Source: Actinomycetota bacterium (GTDB taxonomy: Bacteria; Actinomycetota; Actinomycetes; Nanopelagicales; Nanopelagicaceae). From it: 64,000 bases of DNA. Positions 50,051 to 61,366 of this stretch are shown one piece after another. Location: positions 297 to 64,296 of the forward strand of contig JBEDKL010000005.1 of NCBI GenBank assembly GCA_041172145.1, read 5' to 3'. The number at the start of each line of letters is the position of its first letter. The stretch's first letter is position 1. The position numbers and the translations under genes are program-made. The notes under the pieces are model-generated. The model saw only the letters and a list, made by a program, of their open reading frames with translations. It was not told the origin of the DNA and searched no databases.

Positions 50051-50069
50051 GGCGTAAATCTAGTGGAGA

Positions 50070-50777
50070 TTAAATTAACCGCGAGCCAATCTCTATCTCT
50101 GCGGCTTTTTCTGACATCGCGTTAGCCCCCTTAGTCCACATCTGAGTAATGGGTCTACCGATAACCACAAAATTGGCACCAGCCCCTATCGCATCTTCAG
50201 GGGTCATAGTTCTTTGTTGATCATCTGAACCCGCCATTTCCTGCGGGCGAACTCCGGGAGTGATAATAAGAGGATCCGTGCCAATAGCTGCTCTTACCGC
50301 TGCAATTTCCAGAGGTGAGCAAACAATTGCACGCGCTCCTCCAAGGATTGCAACCTTTGCTAATGAGACCGCTGAAGCTAGCGCCGATGATTTAAAGCCA
50401 ACCTCCGACACATCATCTTCAGACATAGAAGTTAAAATGGTTACACCTGTTACATAGCTCTGTGGCATAGCATCAGCGGCAGCTCTAATCATTGCACTGC
50501 CACCTGAAGCATGTACGGTAAGAAACTTTGGCGAAAGATGAGAGACCGCCTTGGCCGCGCCGCTGACTGTATGTGGAATGTCGTGAAGTTTGAGATCCAA
50601 GAAGATATCTGAGTCGGTTTCACCTTGAATCGCCTTAACACCTTCAGAACCAAAGTTTAAAAAGAACTCTAGGCCGAGCTTAAAGACAGAAACATGGTTC
50701 TGTGTTGCCCGAACCCACTGCACCGCCGTTGATAACTCCGGGGTGTCAACGGCAAGAACGATAGGAGCCTTGCTCAT
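50070..50777 (-). CDS. pyrF: Orotidine-5'-phosphate decarboxylase
   Basis: KLGLE, FLDLKLHDIPHTV, TPGVRP, VIGRPIT. Confidence 0.96.
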   Translation of the reverse strand: MSKAPIVLAVDTPELSTAVQWVRATQNHVSVFKLGLEFFLNFGSEGVKAIQGETDSDIFLDLKLHDIPHTVSGAAKAVSHLSPKFLTVHASGGSAMIRAAADAMPQSYVTGVTILTSMSEDDVSEVGFKSSALASAVSLAKVAILGGARAIVCSPLEIAAVRAAIGTDPLIITPGVRPQEMAGSDDQQRTMTPEDAIGAGANFVVIGRPITQMWTKGANAMSEKAAEIEIGSRLI

Positions 50778-51719
50778 TTACTGCACCTGCTCTGATCGAT
50801 GGGCGTATCCAACAGCTTGTTTCAAAGATGTAAAGCCTCTATCTGTTAACAGCTGCTTTAACTCGCTCTGAATTGACATGATCGCAGTTGGATTTCCAAA
50901 ACTTGCCGTTCCAATAGAAACTCCGCTCGCACCTGCCAAGATCATTTCTAGCGCATCTTTACCAGAAGAGACACCACCCATGCCAAGAATTGGAGTATTG
51001 GGTAAGGCGGTGTGTACCTGATAAATAGCTCGAACTGCAATAGGGCGAATAGCAGGACCCGATAAACCACCAGTGATACCACCAAGGTGTGGGCGCATAG
51101 TGTCCACATTAATTACCATGCCTAAAACGGTATTAATGAGAGCTAGGCCATCGGCACCTGCATCAACAACACCTCTAGCAATTGCAACCAAATCAGTTAC
51201 ATCCGGTGAGAGTTTGGCGATGATGGGCAGCTCGCCTCCTATGGTTCTACGAACTCCATCGATTACTCGTTTGGAAGTTTCGAGATCTGTTGCAAATACC
51301 TGCCCGCGGCTCTCAACATTGGGACAGGAGATATTGACTTCAATTGCACTGATTCCAGATACTGATCGCAACTTGCGAGCAAGGGTCGAATACTCTTCAA
51401 CTGTTTCGCCCGCGATAGAGACAATTATCCGAGCCTTTTGCTCGATTAAGAATGGAACATCCTTGGCTAAAAAAGCATCAATACCCGGACCCTGTAACCC
51501 AATGGAGTTGAGCATGCCACTAGGAGTCTCCGCCATGCGTGGTGTTGGACGACCTGGACGAGCCTTGGACATCACCGACTTTGTGACGACTCCCCCCATA
51601 TCTCTAAGAGGAAAGAACTGTGCCAATTCGCGACCCGAGCTCGCGCAACCACTTGCCGTAAAAGTAGGTGCCGGAAACCAAGCGTTTCCGATTGTTGTAG
51701 AAAAATCTAGAGCTGTCAT
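50778..51719 (-). CDS. pyrD: Dihydroorotate dehydrogenase, family 1B catalytic subunit
   Basis: ASGC, MLNSIGLQGPG, EVNISCPN, AKLSPDVTD, GGLSGPAIRP; start ATG 51719 overlaps the pyrK stop. Confidence 0.94.
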   Translation of the reverse strand: MTALDFSTTIGNAWFPAPTFTASGCASSGRELAQFFPLRDMGGVVTKSVMSKARPGRPTPRMAETPSGMLNSIGLQGPGIDAFLAKDVPFLIEQKARIIVSIAGETVEEYSTLARKLRSVSGISAIEVNISCPNVESRGQVFATDLETSKRVIDGVRRTIGGELPIIAKLSPDVTDLVAIARGVVDAGADGLALINTVLGMVINVDTMRPHLGGITGGLSGPAIRPIAVRAIYQVHTALPNTPILGMGGVSSGKDALEMILAGASGVSIGTASFGNPTAIMSIQSELKQLLTDRGFTSLKQAVGYAHRSEQVQ

Positions 51720-52552
51720 TGGTGCTGTCCCACCTGATCCCACAAAACCTTCGAACCATCCATAACAGGTCCATCTATGCAAGATCTCAACATCGATGTA
51801 CTACCATCCTCATTTTCAACAGGGAGTACACAAGTCATGCAGATTCCGATTCCACATGCCATAGATTCCTCAACTGCGCATTGATGAACAACATCAAACT
51901 CATTTGAAATCTTAGTTATCGCCGCCAACATCGGCATTGGTCCACATGAGTAAATAACAGCAACATTAAGATCTTTAATGATTTCAGGAATCGGGTCTGT
52001 AACCCGTCCTGCAGATCCCATTGATCCATCTTCGGTATAAATCCGCATGGAGTTAACTGAGCGCTTACCCTCCATCGGAGCGTAGATTTTCGAACCGGTG
52101 CTTGCACCTAAAAGCATGTCAACACGACATCCCCTTGAGTTCAATAGTTCAGCCAATCCAAAAAGTGGTGCTGATCCATATCCTCCGCCGACTAACAAAA
52201 CTGGAACTGGTTCAGTGGGTATTCCAAAAGCGGTACCCAATGGCGCTACTAAATCAAGAATTACACCTTCACCTTGTGAACACAACCATTTGCTACCTTG
52301 GCCATGTGGAGCAACGATCAACTCCATGGTTCCACCAACTGTAGATGAGGTCGAAACTCGAGAGATGGCAAAGGCGCGGCGAAGAACCATCCGAGATGAA
52401 TCACCGCCGACACTTATTGCTACGAAATTACCTGGTTTACAAGCTGCGGCAACATCCCCGACATTGATGATGATCTGATGGTATTGGCCGACACGTTTAT
52501 TGCTGACAATCGGTGCCAAAAGTTGCTTTGCACTTTTATTGATTTGCATCAT
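51716..52552 (-). CDS. pyrK: Dihydroorotate dehydrogenase electron-transfer subunit
   Basis: LRRAFAI, VGGGYG.AP, CGP..M, MACGIGICMTC...C..GPV 2Fe-2S motif. Confidence 0.92.
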   Translation of the reverse strand: MMQINKSAKQLLAPIVSNKRVGQYHQIIINVGDVAAACKPGNFVAISVGGDSSRMVLRRAFAISRVSTSSTVGGTMELIVAPHGQGSKWLCSQGEGVILDLVAPLGTAFGIPTEPVPVLLVGGGYGSAPLFGLAELLNSRGCRVDMLLGASTGSKIYAPMEGKRSVNSMRIYTEDGSMGSAGRVTDPIPEIIKDLNVAVIYSCGPMPMLAAITKISNEFDVVHQCAVEESMACGIGICMTCVLPVENEDGSTSMLRSCIDGPVMDGSKVLWDQVGQHQ

Positions 52553-55500
52553 CACGCAAGCCATTCTTGCAGAGATTTAATGCTCAGCGGGCTAGCTTGC
52601 AGGAAACGAATCGCGTCAACTGCAGCGCTAAAACCAGCGGTAGTTGTTATGCAAGGGATTGATTTCTGAACAGCGGCGGTGCGGATAGCCCAGCCATCTG
52701 CGCGGGTTCCACGGCCGACTGGTGTATTGATTACCAAGTCGATCTCGCCAGTACTGATCATCTCAACAATTGTTTTCTCGCCTAACTGGCCTGTTCCCTC
52801 TGAATGCTTTCGTACCGTTGTGCACTCAATTCCCTTAGTACGCAGGAAATCGGCTGTACCTAAGGTCGCGAGAATATGAAAACCTAACTCTGAAAAACCA
52901 AGTGCTGGCTCAATTCCCGTTGCCTTGTCCTTATCTGCAAGTGAGATAAATACTGTTCCCGCTTTAGGTAATGGTCCAAAGGCTGCGATCTGACTCTTCG
53001 CATAGCTTTCTCCAAAGGTTGGCGATATTCCCATAACCTCACCAGTCGAACGCATTTCAGGCCCCAGAACCGCATCAACACCTCGGCCATCTGTACGACG
53101 GAATCGATTCCAAGGAAGAACTGCTTCCTTTACAGAAACACCTCTAGCAACACCATCTCCTGATGAAGGCAAGATGCCTGCATCGCGAAGCTCTTTAATC
53201 GTGGCTCCTACAGAGATACGTGCAGCAGCTTTTGCAAGCGCTACCCCACTTGCCTTACTGACAAATGGAACGGTTCGGGATGCTCTCGGATTGGCCTCAA
53301 GCACATATAAAAGGTTGTCGGCGATTGCGAATTGAATATTAATCAATCCTCGTACATCGACACCGCGTGCGATCTTTTCTGTCGCGATACGAATCTCAGC
53401 TCTTTGTTCATCAGAAACAGTCATCGAAGGAAGCACACAAGCGCTATCTCCGCTATGGATACCGGCTTCTTCAATGTGCTCCATTACTCCACCGAGGAAG
53501 AGCTCGTGACCATCAAACAAGGCGTCAACATCAATCTCAATCGCATTATCGAGAAAACGATCAACTAAAACAGGATGGTCAGGGGTAATATCTGTGGCAC
53601 GAGTAATGAATCCACCAAGTGCTGCATCATCGTAAACAATCTCCATACCTCGACCGCCTAAAACAAAGGATGGACGAACAAGTACTGGGTATCCGATGCT
53701 TTGTGCGATATTGGTTGCCTCTAATTGTGATGATGCCATTCCAAACTCCGGTGCACGTAAACCTTGCTCAGCCAAAATGTTTCCAAATGCGCCGCGCTCT
53801 TCAGCCAAGTTAATCGCCTCAGGTGATGTTCCAAGAATATTGACACCATTAGCCTTTAAACCAGCGGCCAATCCCAATGGGGTTTGTCCTCCAAGTTGGG
53901 TAATGACGCCCAGTACTGGACCTGCTTGGCTCTCTGCATGAACAACCTCAAGGACATCTTCCAAGGTCAGTGGCTCAAAGTACAAGCGATTACTGGTGTC
54001 ATAGTCGGTGGAAACCGTCTCTGGATTGCAATTAATCATGATTGTTTCATAACCAGCATCGCGCAAGGTAAATGAAGCGTGCACGCACGAGTAATCGAAC
54101 TCAATGCCTTGTCCGATTCTGTTTGGTCCGCTTCCTAAAATAATCACAGCTGGTGTGGTTCTAGGACGGACTTCGCTCTCTTCCTCGTAACTTGAATAAT
54201 GATAAGGAGTAAAGGCCTCAAACTCCGCGGCACAGGTATCTACTGTTTTGTAGACAGGACGTATTCCTAAGTGATGACGAGACTTGCGAATCTCATCCTC
54301 TGTCACGCCGCGAAGGGCAGCGATTTGATTATCTGAAAAGCCTTGACTCTTTGCGGTGCGCAAAAGCTCTGCCGTAAGTTCTCCAGGTAATGCAATAACT
54401 GCAGCTTGCTGGTTAATAAGTTCTATTTGGCGCAGATACCACGGATCAATCTTGGTTGCTGCAAACACTTCATCGATACTAGAACCAGCCCACATCGCTT
54501 TTTGAACTTGCTGTAGACGGTACTCGGTTGGAACCTTCATCGATTGCAAAAGAGCAGCACGCTCAGCTTCGGAGACTTTCGGCCAGGTAAAGATCGCTTC
54601 CTTTCTTTCAAGGGAACGTAAAGCCTTCATGAGCGCCTCTGAGAAGGAACGTCCGATCGCCATCGCTTCACCGACGCTCTTCATCGTCGTCGTGAGTCTC
54701 GGATCGGCATCGGCAAACTTTTCAAAGGCAAACCGTGGAAGTTTTACAACAACATAATCAAGAGTAGGTTCAAAAGAGGCAGGGGTTACACGTGTAATGT
54801 CATTTTGAATCTCATCTAAGGTATAACCGATCGCTAACTTTGTAGCTATCTTTGCAATCGGAAAACCTGTTGCTTTTGAGGCTAAGGCACTTGAACGTGA
54901 TACTCGAGGATTCATTTCAATGACAATGATTCGACCATTGTTTGGATTGACCGCAAATTGAATATTACAACCGCCGGTTGCGACGCCTACTTCACGAATG
55001 ATATCCATCGAAAGATCGCGAAGCTTCTGGTACTCAACATCAGTCAAGGTCATCGCTGGTGCAACGGTGATTGAATCACCTGTGTGAACACCCATAGGGT
55101 CAAGGTTCTCAATAGAACATACGATGACAACATTGTCCTTGTTATCACGCATTACCTCGAGCTCATACTCTTTCCAGCCAATAATGGACTCTTCTAGCAA
55201 TACCTCGGAAGTAGGACTATGTCGCAGCCCCGCTCCAGCTATTTGGCGGAGTTCAGCTTCATCAAATGCAATTCCTGAACCCAATCCACCCATTGTGAAG
55301 GAAGGACGTACAACCACCGGATAATTGAGCTGTGCAACTGCTTTGAATATCTCATCCATTGTGTGGCAAATGCGCGACTTAGCCGACTCTCCCCCAACTT
55401 TTTCTACAATCGCTCTAAAGAGTTCACGATTCTCACCACGATTAATCGCATCAACATCAGCGCCGATCAGACGTACTCCGTACTTTGCCAAGGTTCCACG

Positions 55501-55812
55501 CTCATACAAACCTATAGCAGCATTTAAAGCCGTCTGGCCACCGAGGGTAGCCAGAACCGCATCTGGCTTTTCATGAGCAATGATCCGTTCAATGATTTCT
55601 GGGGTAATCGGCTCTACATAGGTTGCATCAGCAAACTCTGGGTCGGTCATGATTGTTGCAGGATTTGAGTTAACAAGAATTACCCGGATACCTTCAGCAC
55701 GCAAAACTCGACAGGCTTGTGTACCTGAGTAATCAAACTCGCACGCCTGACCAATAACGATAGGACCGCTACCTATTACCAGAACACTTTTAATTGATGT
55801 ATCCAGAGGCAT
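52552..55812 (-). CDS. carB: Carbamoyl-phosphate synthase large subunit
   Basis: [17 protein letters not shown], duplicated ATP-grasp domains, [11 protein letters not shown]-terminal MGS domain. Confidence 0.97.
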   Translation of the reverse strand: MPLDTSIKSVLVIGSGPIVIGQACEFDYSGTQACRVLRAEGIRVILVNSNPATIMTDPEFADATYVEPITPEIIERIIAHEKPDAVLATLGGQTALNAAIGLYERGTLAKYGVRLIGADVDAINRGENRELFRAIVEKVGGESAKSRICHTMDEIFKAVAQLNYPVVVRPSFTMGGLGSGIAFDEAELRQIAGAGLRHSPTSEVLLEESIIGWKEYELEVMRDNKDNVVIVCSIENLDPMGVHTGDSITVAPAMTLTDVEYQKLRDLSMDIIREVGVATGGCNIQFAVNPNNGRIIVIEMNPRVSRSSALASKATGFPIAKIATKLAIGYTLDEIQNDITRVTPASFEPTLDYVVVKLPRFAFEKFADADPRLTTTMKSVGEAMAIGRSFSEALMKALRSLERKEAIFTWPKVSEAERAALLQSMKVPTEYRLQQVQKAMWAGSSIDEVFAATKIDPWYLRQIELINQQAAVIALPGELTAELLRTAKSQGFSDNQIAALRGVTEDEIRKSRHHLGIRPVYKTVDTCAAEFEAFTPYHYSSYEEESEVRPRTTPAVIILGSGPNRIGQGIEFDYSCVHASFTLRDAGYETIMINCNPETVSTDYDTSNRLYFEPLTLEDVLEVVHAESQAGPVLGVITQLGGQTPLGLAAGLKANGVNILGTSPEAINLAEERGAFGNILAEQGLRAPEFGMASSQLEATNIAQSIGYPVLVRPSFVLGGRGMEIVYDDAALGGFITRATDITPDHPVLVDRFLDNAIEIDVDALFDGHELFLGGVMEHIEEAGIHSGDSACVLPSMTVSDEQRAEIRIATEKIARGVDVRGLINIQFAIADNLLYVLEANPRASRTVPFVSKASGVALAKAAARISVGATIKELRDAGILPSSGDGVARGVSVKEAVLPWNRFRRTDGRGVDAVLGPEMRSTGEVMGISPTFGESYAKSQIAAFGPLPKAGTVFISLADKDKATGIEPALGFSELGFHILATLGTADFLRTKGIECTTVRKHSEGTGQLGEKTIVEMISTGEIDLVINTPVGRGTRADGWAIRTAAVQKSIPCITTTAGFSAAVDAIRFLQASPLSIKSLQEWLA

Positions 55813-56927
55813 TACGCACCAACCTTCTTGGACATGAGGTCAACGAAACGATCAAATAGGTAGGAAGCATCATGTGGGCCAGCCGCTGCTTCAGGGTGAT
55901 ATTGAACTGAAAATGCTGGTCTATCAAGTAATGCAAGTCCCTCTACAACGCCGTCATTAAGGCAGGTATGAGTAACTTCTCCACGCCCGTAAACAGTTGA
56001 GAACTCTGTATCAGTCGGTGCCTTTACCGCGAAGCCATGATTATGGGCTGTGATTTCAACCTTGCCTGTAACTTTGTCTATAACTGGTTGATTAATTCCT
56101 CGATGTCCAAATTGCAACTTGTAGGTCTCGAAACCTAATGCTCGCCCCAAAATTTGGTGACCAAAACAGATACCAAAGATTGGTATCTCCGAAAGTAAAA
56201 GTTCGCGAACAACCTCGATCACATCACTCATGGTTGATGGATCTCCAGGACCATTTGAGAGAAACACGCCATCGGGGTTGAGAGCCATAATCTCATCAAT
56301 GGTTGAATCAAAGGGCATGACATGAACCTCAACACCACGTTCTGCTAGCGCCCTGGGTGTAGCGCCCTTGATTCCAAGATCAAGTGCGGCAATCGTAAAT
56401 CTCTTGGTTCCAATTGCAGGAACCACATAAGTTGTAGGGGTTGAAACATCCTTAACAAGGTACGCGCCTGACATCGCATCAGCTTTGCGAACTTCTACCA
56501 CCATCTCTTCACGCGATAAATCTAAACCGGAGAAAATTCCCACACGCATAGCGCCACGATCGCGCAAATGTCGAGTGATTGCTCGAGTATCAACACCTTG
56601 TATTCCAACGATGCCTTGCGAAATAAGCTCGGCTTCCAAATCATTTTGCGCGCGCCAATTAGATGTCAAAGAGGATGGGTTTCGTACAACAAAACCTGCC
56701 ACCCAAATCTTTGCCGATTCATTGTCATAATCATTAACGCCGGTATTGCCGATGTGAGGTGCTGTCATCACGACAACTTGTTTGTGATATGAAGGATCGG
56801 TAAGAGTCTCTTGATATCCCGTCATACCTGTTTGAAAAACAGCTTCACCAAAGGTTTTTCCTTGCGCTGCCCAAGAGGAACCTTCAAAGATACGACCATC
56901 ATCCAAGACTAGGTAAGCACTTGCCAT
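55812..56927 (-). CDS. carA: Carbamoyl-phosphate synthase small subunit
   Basis: [35 protein letters not shown]. Confidence 0.97.
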   Translation of the reverse strand: MASAYLVLDDGRIFEGSSWAAQGKTFGEAVFQTGMTGYQETLTDPSYHKQVVVMTAPHIGNTGVNDYDNESAKIWVAGFVVRNPSSLTSNWRAQNDLEAELISQGIVGIQGVDTRAITRHLRDRGAMRVGIFSGLDLSREEMVVEVRKADAMSGAYLVKDVSTPTTYVVPAIGTKRFTIAALDLGIKGATPRALAERGVEVHVMPFDSTIDEIMALNPDGVFLSNGPGDPSTMSDVIEVVRELLLSEIPIFGICFGHQILGRALGFETYKLQFGHRGINQPVIDKVTGKVEITAHNHGFAVKAPTDTEFSTVYGRGEVTHTCLNDGVVEGLALLDRPAFSVQYHPEAAAGPHDASYLFDRFVDLMSKKVGA

Positions 56928-58234
56928 TACATAGCCTCCTTACCTACGACAGCTCCATTAATTACCGTCTGCTTACCCTTAAATAAGGTGTGCTCTACAA
57001 ATCCCGGCAACTCGTGGCCATGGTAGGGAGTATTTGTTGAGTTAGAAAGCACTAAATCGCGATCTACTCGCCAACTTTTCGTCGGATTAATCACAACTAA
57101 GTTGGCAAAGCTCCCAACTGCAACCTTTTCACCCTGCCCGGAGTATCTGCCGATACGAGCTGGCGAGTGGGATAAACGATCTGCAACCTGCTCCCAGCTT
57201 AATAACCCTGAATCGACCATAGTCATCTGAACGATTGAGAGAGCGGTCTCCAAGCCAAGCATTCCGAAGGCAGCCTCCTGCCACTCACATTCCTTAGATT
57301 CCAGTGGATGTGGAGCATGGTCGGTTGCAACGATGTCGATCGTTCCATCTGCAAGGGCTTCGCGCAGAGCGTGAACATCTGCTTCAGTGCGCAGAGGTGG
57401 ATTGACCTTAAAAACTGGATCATAAGAAGCAGCTAGATCATCGGTCAGCAATAGATGATGCGGTGTTACTTCAGCGGTTACGTTGATGCCACGTGCTTTC
57501 GCCCAACGGATGATCTCTACTCCACCAGCTGTAGTTAAATGACAAATATGGAGGCGAGACTTAACGTGATCGGCCAATAAAACATCTCTTGCGATGATCG
57601 CTTCTTCGGCAACCGCAGGCCAGCCTTTCAGACCCAAACGTGCCGACACCTCTCCCTCATTCATTTGAGAGCCGACAGTCATACGCGGATCTTGTGCGTG
57701 CTGTGCAACGACACCATCAAACTTCTTTATGTACTCAAGCGCCCTGCGCATTACTAGAGGATCAGAAACACAATGACCATCATCACTAAAAACTCGCACC
57801 TTTGCCACTGAATCAGCCATCGCACCGATTTCTGAAAGGGCTTCTCCATTTAATCCTTGGGTTACCGCACCGATAGGAAATACATCTAGATAACCAGCTT
57901 CCTGGCCCAATCGATAGACCTGCTCGACAACTCCAGCAGTGTCAGCGACTGGAGAAGTATTTGCCATCGCAGATAACGCAGTGAATCCGCCCTTTGCTCC
58001 AGCGCGACTGCCCGACAAAACCGTTTCGGCATCTTCGCGGCCAGGTTCACGCAGATGGGTATGAAGATCTACCAATCCTGGTAAAACAATGCATCCCGAA
58101 GCATCAATTACCTTTTTAGCATCTCCTGAAAAAGAGGGAAGTACATCAGAAATTTTCTCACCTTGAATACAAAGATCAGCTTTTGAGCCATCTGGAAGTT
58201 TTGCACCCTTGATAACGAGGTCTACTTGACTCAT
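56927..58234 (-). CDS. pyrC: Dihydroorotase
   Basis: DLHTHLREPG, KVNPPLR, ATDHAPH. Confidence 0.95.
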   Translation of the reverse strand: MSQVDLVIKGAKLPDGSKADLCIQGEKISDVLPSFSGDAKKVIDASGCIVLPGLVDLHTHLREPGREDAETVLSGSRAGAKGGFTALSAMANTSPVADTAGVVEQVYRLGQEAGYLDVFPIGAVTQGLNGEALSEIGAMADSVAKVRVFSDDGHCVSDPLVMRRALEYIKKFDGVVAQHAQDPRMTVGSQMNEGEVSARLGLKGWPAVAEEAIIARDVLLADHVKSRLHICHLTTAGGVEIIRWAKARGINVTAEVTPHHLLLTDDLAASYDPVFKVNPPLRTEADVHALREALADGTIDIVATDHAPHPLESKECEWQEAAFGMLGLETALSIVQMTMVDSGLLSWEQVADRLSHSPARIGRYSGQGEKVAVGSFANLVVINPTKSWRVDRDLVLSNSTNTPYHGHELPGFVEHTLFKGKQTVINGAVVGKEAM

Positions 58235-59182
58235 CTACTTACTCCCTGCTTCTAAGGCGCTACCAGTTAAAAGAACATACAAAATTGCCATTCTGACACT
58301 GACTCCATTAGTGACCTGTTCGGTAATTACTGAACGTGCACTATCTGCAACCTCTGCGGAAATCTCCAGCCCGCGGTTCATTGGCCCTGGGTGCATGACT
58401 ATGGCTCCAGGCTTCATGGATTTCATCCGGTCGAGATTTAAACCAAAGTATCGCGAGTATTCTCGAGAGTTCGGGAAGTAGAGATCCGTCATTCTTTCTT
58501 GCTGAACACGCAACATCATTACGACATCTACAAAGGGAATAATTGAATCAAAATCATATGAGACGGTCGCAGGCCAGCTTTCAACTCCAACCGGAAGCAA
58601 GGTAGGAGGAGCAACTAAAACAACCTTGGCACCCAACTTGGAAAGCAACAAAACATTTGAACGAGCCACCCGTGAGTGCAAAACATCGCCAACGATTGCG
58701 ACAGATAAGCCATCCAGATCGCTTTTCCCCAAGCTTAGATGTTTACGGATCGTGAATGCATCGAGCAGCGCTTGACTTGGATGTTCGTGGGTTCCATCAC
58801 CGGCGTTTACAACGCTACCTGACATCCATTGTGAGTCAGCAAGTCGTTGTGCCGCACCAGAGGCGGAATGGCGGATAACAACAGCATCAGCACCCATCGC
58901 TTGCAGGGTCATCGCCGTATCCTTGAGTGATTCACCCTTACTGACGCTAGATCCCTTGGCTGAAAAATTAATAACATCAGCAGAGAGTCGCTTAGCAGCC
59001 GCCTCAAAGGATATTCGTGTACGGGTTGAGTCCTCGGCAAAGAGGTTAACAATTGTTCGACCGCGCAAAGTCGGAAGCTTCTTAACCGCTCCGTCACTTA
59101 CACGTGCGAGTTCGTTGGCGGTATCTAAGATGGAGATGGCTTGAGTTTTAGATAGATCAGATATTGAAAGTAGATGGCGCAT
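58235..59182 (-). CDS. pyrB: Aspartate carbamoyltransferase catalytic subunit
   Basis: [36 protein letters not shown]. Confidence 0.97.
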   Translation of the reverse strand: MRHLLSISDLSKTQAISILDTANELARVSDGAVKKLPTLRGRTIVNLFAEDSTRTRISFEAAAKRLSADVINFSAKGSSVSKGESLKDTAMTLQAMGADAVVIRHSASGAAQRLADSQWMSGSVVNAGDGTHEHPSQALLDAFTIRKHLSLGKSDLDGLSVAIVGDVLHSRVARSNVLLLSKLGAKVVLVAPPTLLPVGVESWPATVSYDFDSIIPFVDVVMMLRVQQERMTDLYFPNSREYSRYFGLNLDRMKSMKPGAIVMHPGPMNRGLEISAEVADSARSVITEQVTNGVSVRMAILYVLLTGSALEAGSK

Positions 59183-59715
59183 TAGCTCGCCTCCCCTTCG
59201 ATACTGACTTCATCTCGCCCATCGATCTCACTGAGCAATACCCTTACCGATTGAGACTTAGAGGTTGGAAGATTTTTTCCTACAAAGTCAGCCTTAATAG
59301 GCAACTCTCGATGTCCTCTATCAACAAGGGTTGCAAGCTGGACGGTACGAGGACGTCCGATCTCACCTAATGCATCAAGTGCTGCACGAATTGTCCGTCC
59401 AGAAAACAAAACATCATCCACCAGGATTACATCCATATCTTCGATTCCGGAGGATGGAATAGTTGTGGGCATAATCGCCTTAGGTGCACGCATCCGAAGA
59501 TCATCACGAAAGAGCGTGATGTCCAAAGTTCCACAGGGGGTCGGTGTACTCTCAATCTCAGAGATGATCGCAGCTATTCGGTGGGCAAGATGTGCTCCAC
59601 GAGTCGGTATTCCAAGAAGAATAATTGAAGAGGAGCCTTGATTTCTCTCAAGGATCTCATGTGAAATACGGGTAAGAGCACGTTTAATGTCGGGTGCAGA
59701 CAGGGCTACGCTCAT
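59182..59715 (-). CDS. pyrR: Bifunctional pyr operon regulator / uracil PRTase
   Basis: [51 protein letters not shown]. Confidence 0.96.
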   Translation of the reverse strand: MSVALSAPDIKRALTRISHEILERNQGSSSIILLGIPTRGAHLAHRIAAIISEIESTPTPCGTLDITLFRDDLRMRAPKAIMPTTIPSSGIEDMDVILVDDVLFSGRTIRAALDALGEIGRPRTVQLATLVDRGHRELPIKADFVGKNLPTSKSQSVRVLLSEIDGRDEVSIEGEAS

Positions 59716-59728
59716 GTAAATCTCCTTT

Positions 59729-59756
59729 CCCACCTCTCAGGATGGGTTGTTAAAGG
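59729..59756 (-). promoter_or_regulatory. PyrR-binding RNA element adjoining the pyrR ribosome-binding site
   Basis: Minus strand reads CCUUUAA-caa-CCCAUC-CUGAGA-GGUGGG followed directly by AAAGGAG; matches the CUUUAA...UCCNGNGAGGY PyrR consensus. Confidence 0.8.
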
Positions 59757-59839
59757 ATGCAGGCGCGATACTAGCACCCATTAACTTCGCCTGTGGATAT
59801 GCGCAGATGCAGGGTGTCATCCTTGAATACCCTGCGCCG

Positions 59840-60319
59840 ATGAAGATAGAGGAACAACTCGCAGCGCTCCAAGCCAGATTACGCTCAATACGAGAGTCTC
59901 AAGGATTAACTCTCAGCCAGGTCGCAGCCAAGAGCAATGGCCGCTTATCAGCTATCGCTCTTGGTTCATATGAGCGTGGCGATAGATCTATCAGCGCTCA
60001 TAAACTGCTGGAGATTTCTAATATTTACCAGGTTCCGGTTGCTGAAATATTCAAAGCACAAGAAAAGAGTTTGGAAACCGGACGGGTAATCATTGATCTG
60101 CGAAAGCTCAATAACAGTAGCGATGATTTGTCCCAGAGATTTAAAATGGTTGTTGAAAAGATTGCTGCTATGAGAAATGACTGGAACGGCGAGCTGCTGT
60201 CGATGCGAGCCAGCGATATGGCATCACTTCACTCTTTTGCAGGATTTTCAGCTAACGAGCTCCAAGATTTAATTACCCGTTTTGCTCTAGCTAAATTGGA
60301 CCCGACTAAATCGAGATAG
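59840..60319 (+). CDS. bldD: BldD-like XRE-family transcriptional regulator
   Basis: LRSIRESQGLTL...GSYERGDRSIS...Y.VPV.E, IDL..L, RNDWNGELLSMRASD; lies between nusB and pyrR as in Streptomyces; -10 TACCCT is 6 nt before ATG 59840. Confidence 0.8.
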   Translation: MKIEEQLAALQARLRSIRESQGLTLSQVAAKSNGRLSAIALGSYERGDRSISAHKLLEISNIYQVPVAEIFKAQEKSLETGRVIIDLRKLNNSSDDLSQRFKMVVEKIAAMRNDWNGELLSMRASDMASLHSFAGFSANELQDLITRFALAKLDPTKSR

Positions 60320-60728
60320 TGTCTTTAATGCTTGCGATTCTTCCCAAAACACCATGAATATACTTTGAAGAGTCATCACTCGATAGCTCTTTAGCCAAAA
60401 CCAATGACTCATCAATGGCAACACTCGTTGGCACATCGGTTGACCAAAGAATCTCATAAATACCAAGACGCAAGATATTTCGATCTACGGCAGGCAGGCG
60501 ATCCATATCCCATCCTTGGGCATAGGTGGTTATTAACTCATCTATCTTTCGACGATTCTCTGAAACCCCATTTACTAACTCTTTGGTGTATTCACGAATA
60601 GGTCGGGCATCCGGACCGTCGGCTGGAACATCACGTGAAACAAGAGTCTCTACTAAATTGGTTCCTCGAATATCTGTCTCATACAAAAGATCAAGCGCTT
60701 GTTTACGCGCCTTGCTACGCGCCGACAC
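60306..60728 (-). CDS. nusB: Transcription antitermination factor NusB
   Basis: ARSKARKQAL..LYE, W...RLPAVDRNILR, HGVLG. Confidence 0.95.
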   Translation of the reverse strand: MSARSKARKQALDLLYETDIRGTNLVETLVSRDVPADGPDARPIREYTKELVNGVSENRRKIDELITTYAQGWDMDRLPAVDRNILRLGIYEILWSTDVPTSVAIDESLVLAKELSSDDSSKYIHGVLGRIASIKDTISI

Positions 60729-61288
60729 TAGTTAGCGCGACCCTGGTATGACCCATCACGTGTATCAACCAAAACAATTTCATCCTGCTTGATAAACAAT
60801 GGAACCTGAATCTCAATACCGGTTTCAACGGTTGCTGGCTTTGTGCCACCAGATGAGCGATCTCCCTGGATACCAGGCTCTGTGTAAGTGATCTTTAATG
60901 GGACCGATGCTGCTAATTCGATATAAAGCGGATTGCCTTCATTGACAGCAACAATCGCTTCTGTGTTCTCAAGCATGTAGTTAGCGGCATCTCCGACAGT
61001 CGCAGCGCTAATTGTCATTTGATCATAAGTCTTTGTGTCCATGAAAACAAAGTCATCGCCCTCTTTGTAGAGGTACTGCATTTCACGCTTTTCAAGGATC
61101 GCTACATCAACTTTGACTCCGGCGTTGTAAGTTTTATCTACTACCTTGCCACTTAGAACAGATTTCAACTTGGTGCGAACAAATGCTGGACCCTTACCTG
61201 GCTTAACATGTTGGAACTCAACAACCGTCCACAACTGGCCTTCAATATCCAAGGTCATTCCATTTTTCAGATCATTTGTAGTTGCCAC
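60728..61288 (-). CDS. efp: Elongation factor P
   Basis: [38 protein letters not shown]. Confidence 0.97.
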   Translation of the reverse strand: MATTNDLKNGMTLDIEGQLWTVVEFQHVKPGKGPAFVRTKLKSVLSGKVVDKTYNAGVKVDVAILEKREMQYLYKEGDDFVFMDTKTYDQMTISAATVGDAANYMLENTEAIVAVNEGNPLYIELAASVPLKITYTEPGIQGDRSSGGTKPATVETGIEIQVPLFIKQDEIVLVDTRDGSYQGRAN

Positions 61289-61366
61289 AGCTACTCCACC
61301 CGCTCTTTATCGATTGTCTTTGCTATTACGAAGATCTAAGGATACCCGCTGCGCGGGTGTGGTTTG

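Noticed and set aside
51073-51765. 230-aa plus-strand ORF
   Set aside because: Lies wholly antisense to pyrD with no recognisable motif; a codon-symmetry shadow ORF
61342-61360. Hairpin ACCCGC-tgc-GCGGGT between aroQ and efp as a terminator
   Set aside because: No convincing U-tract on the coding (minus) strand; function cannot be assigned
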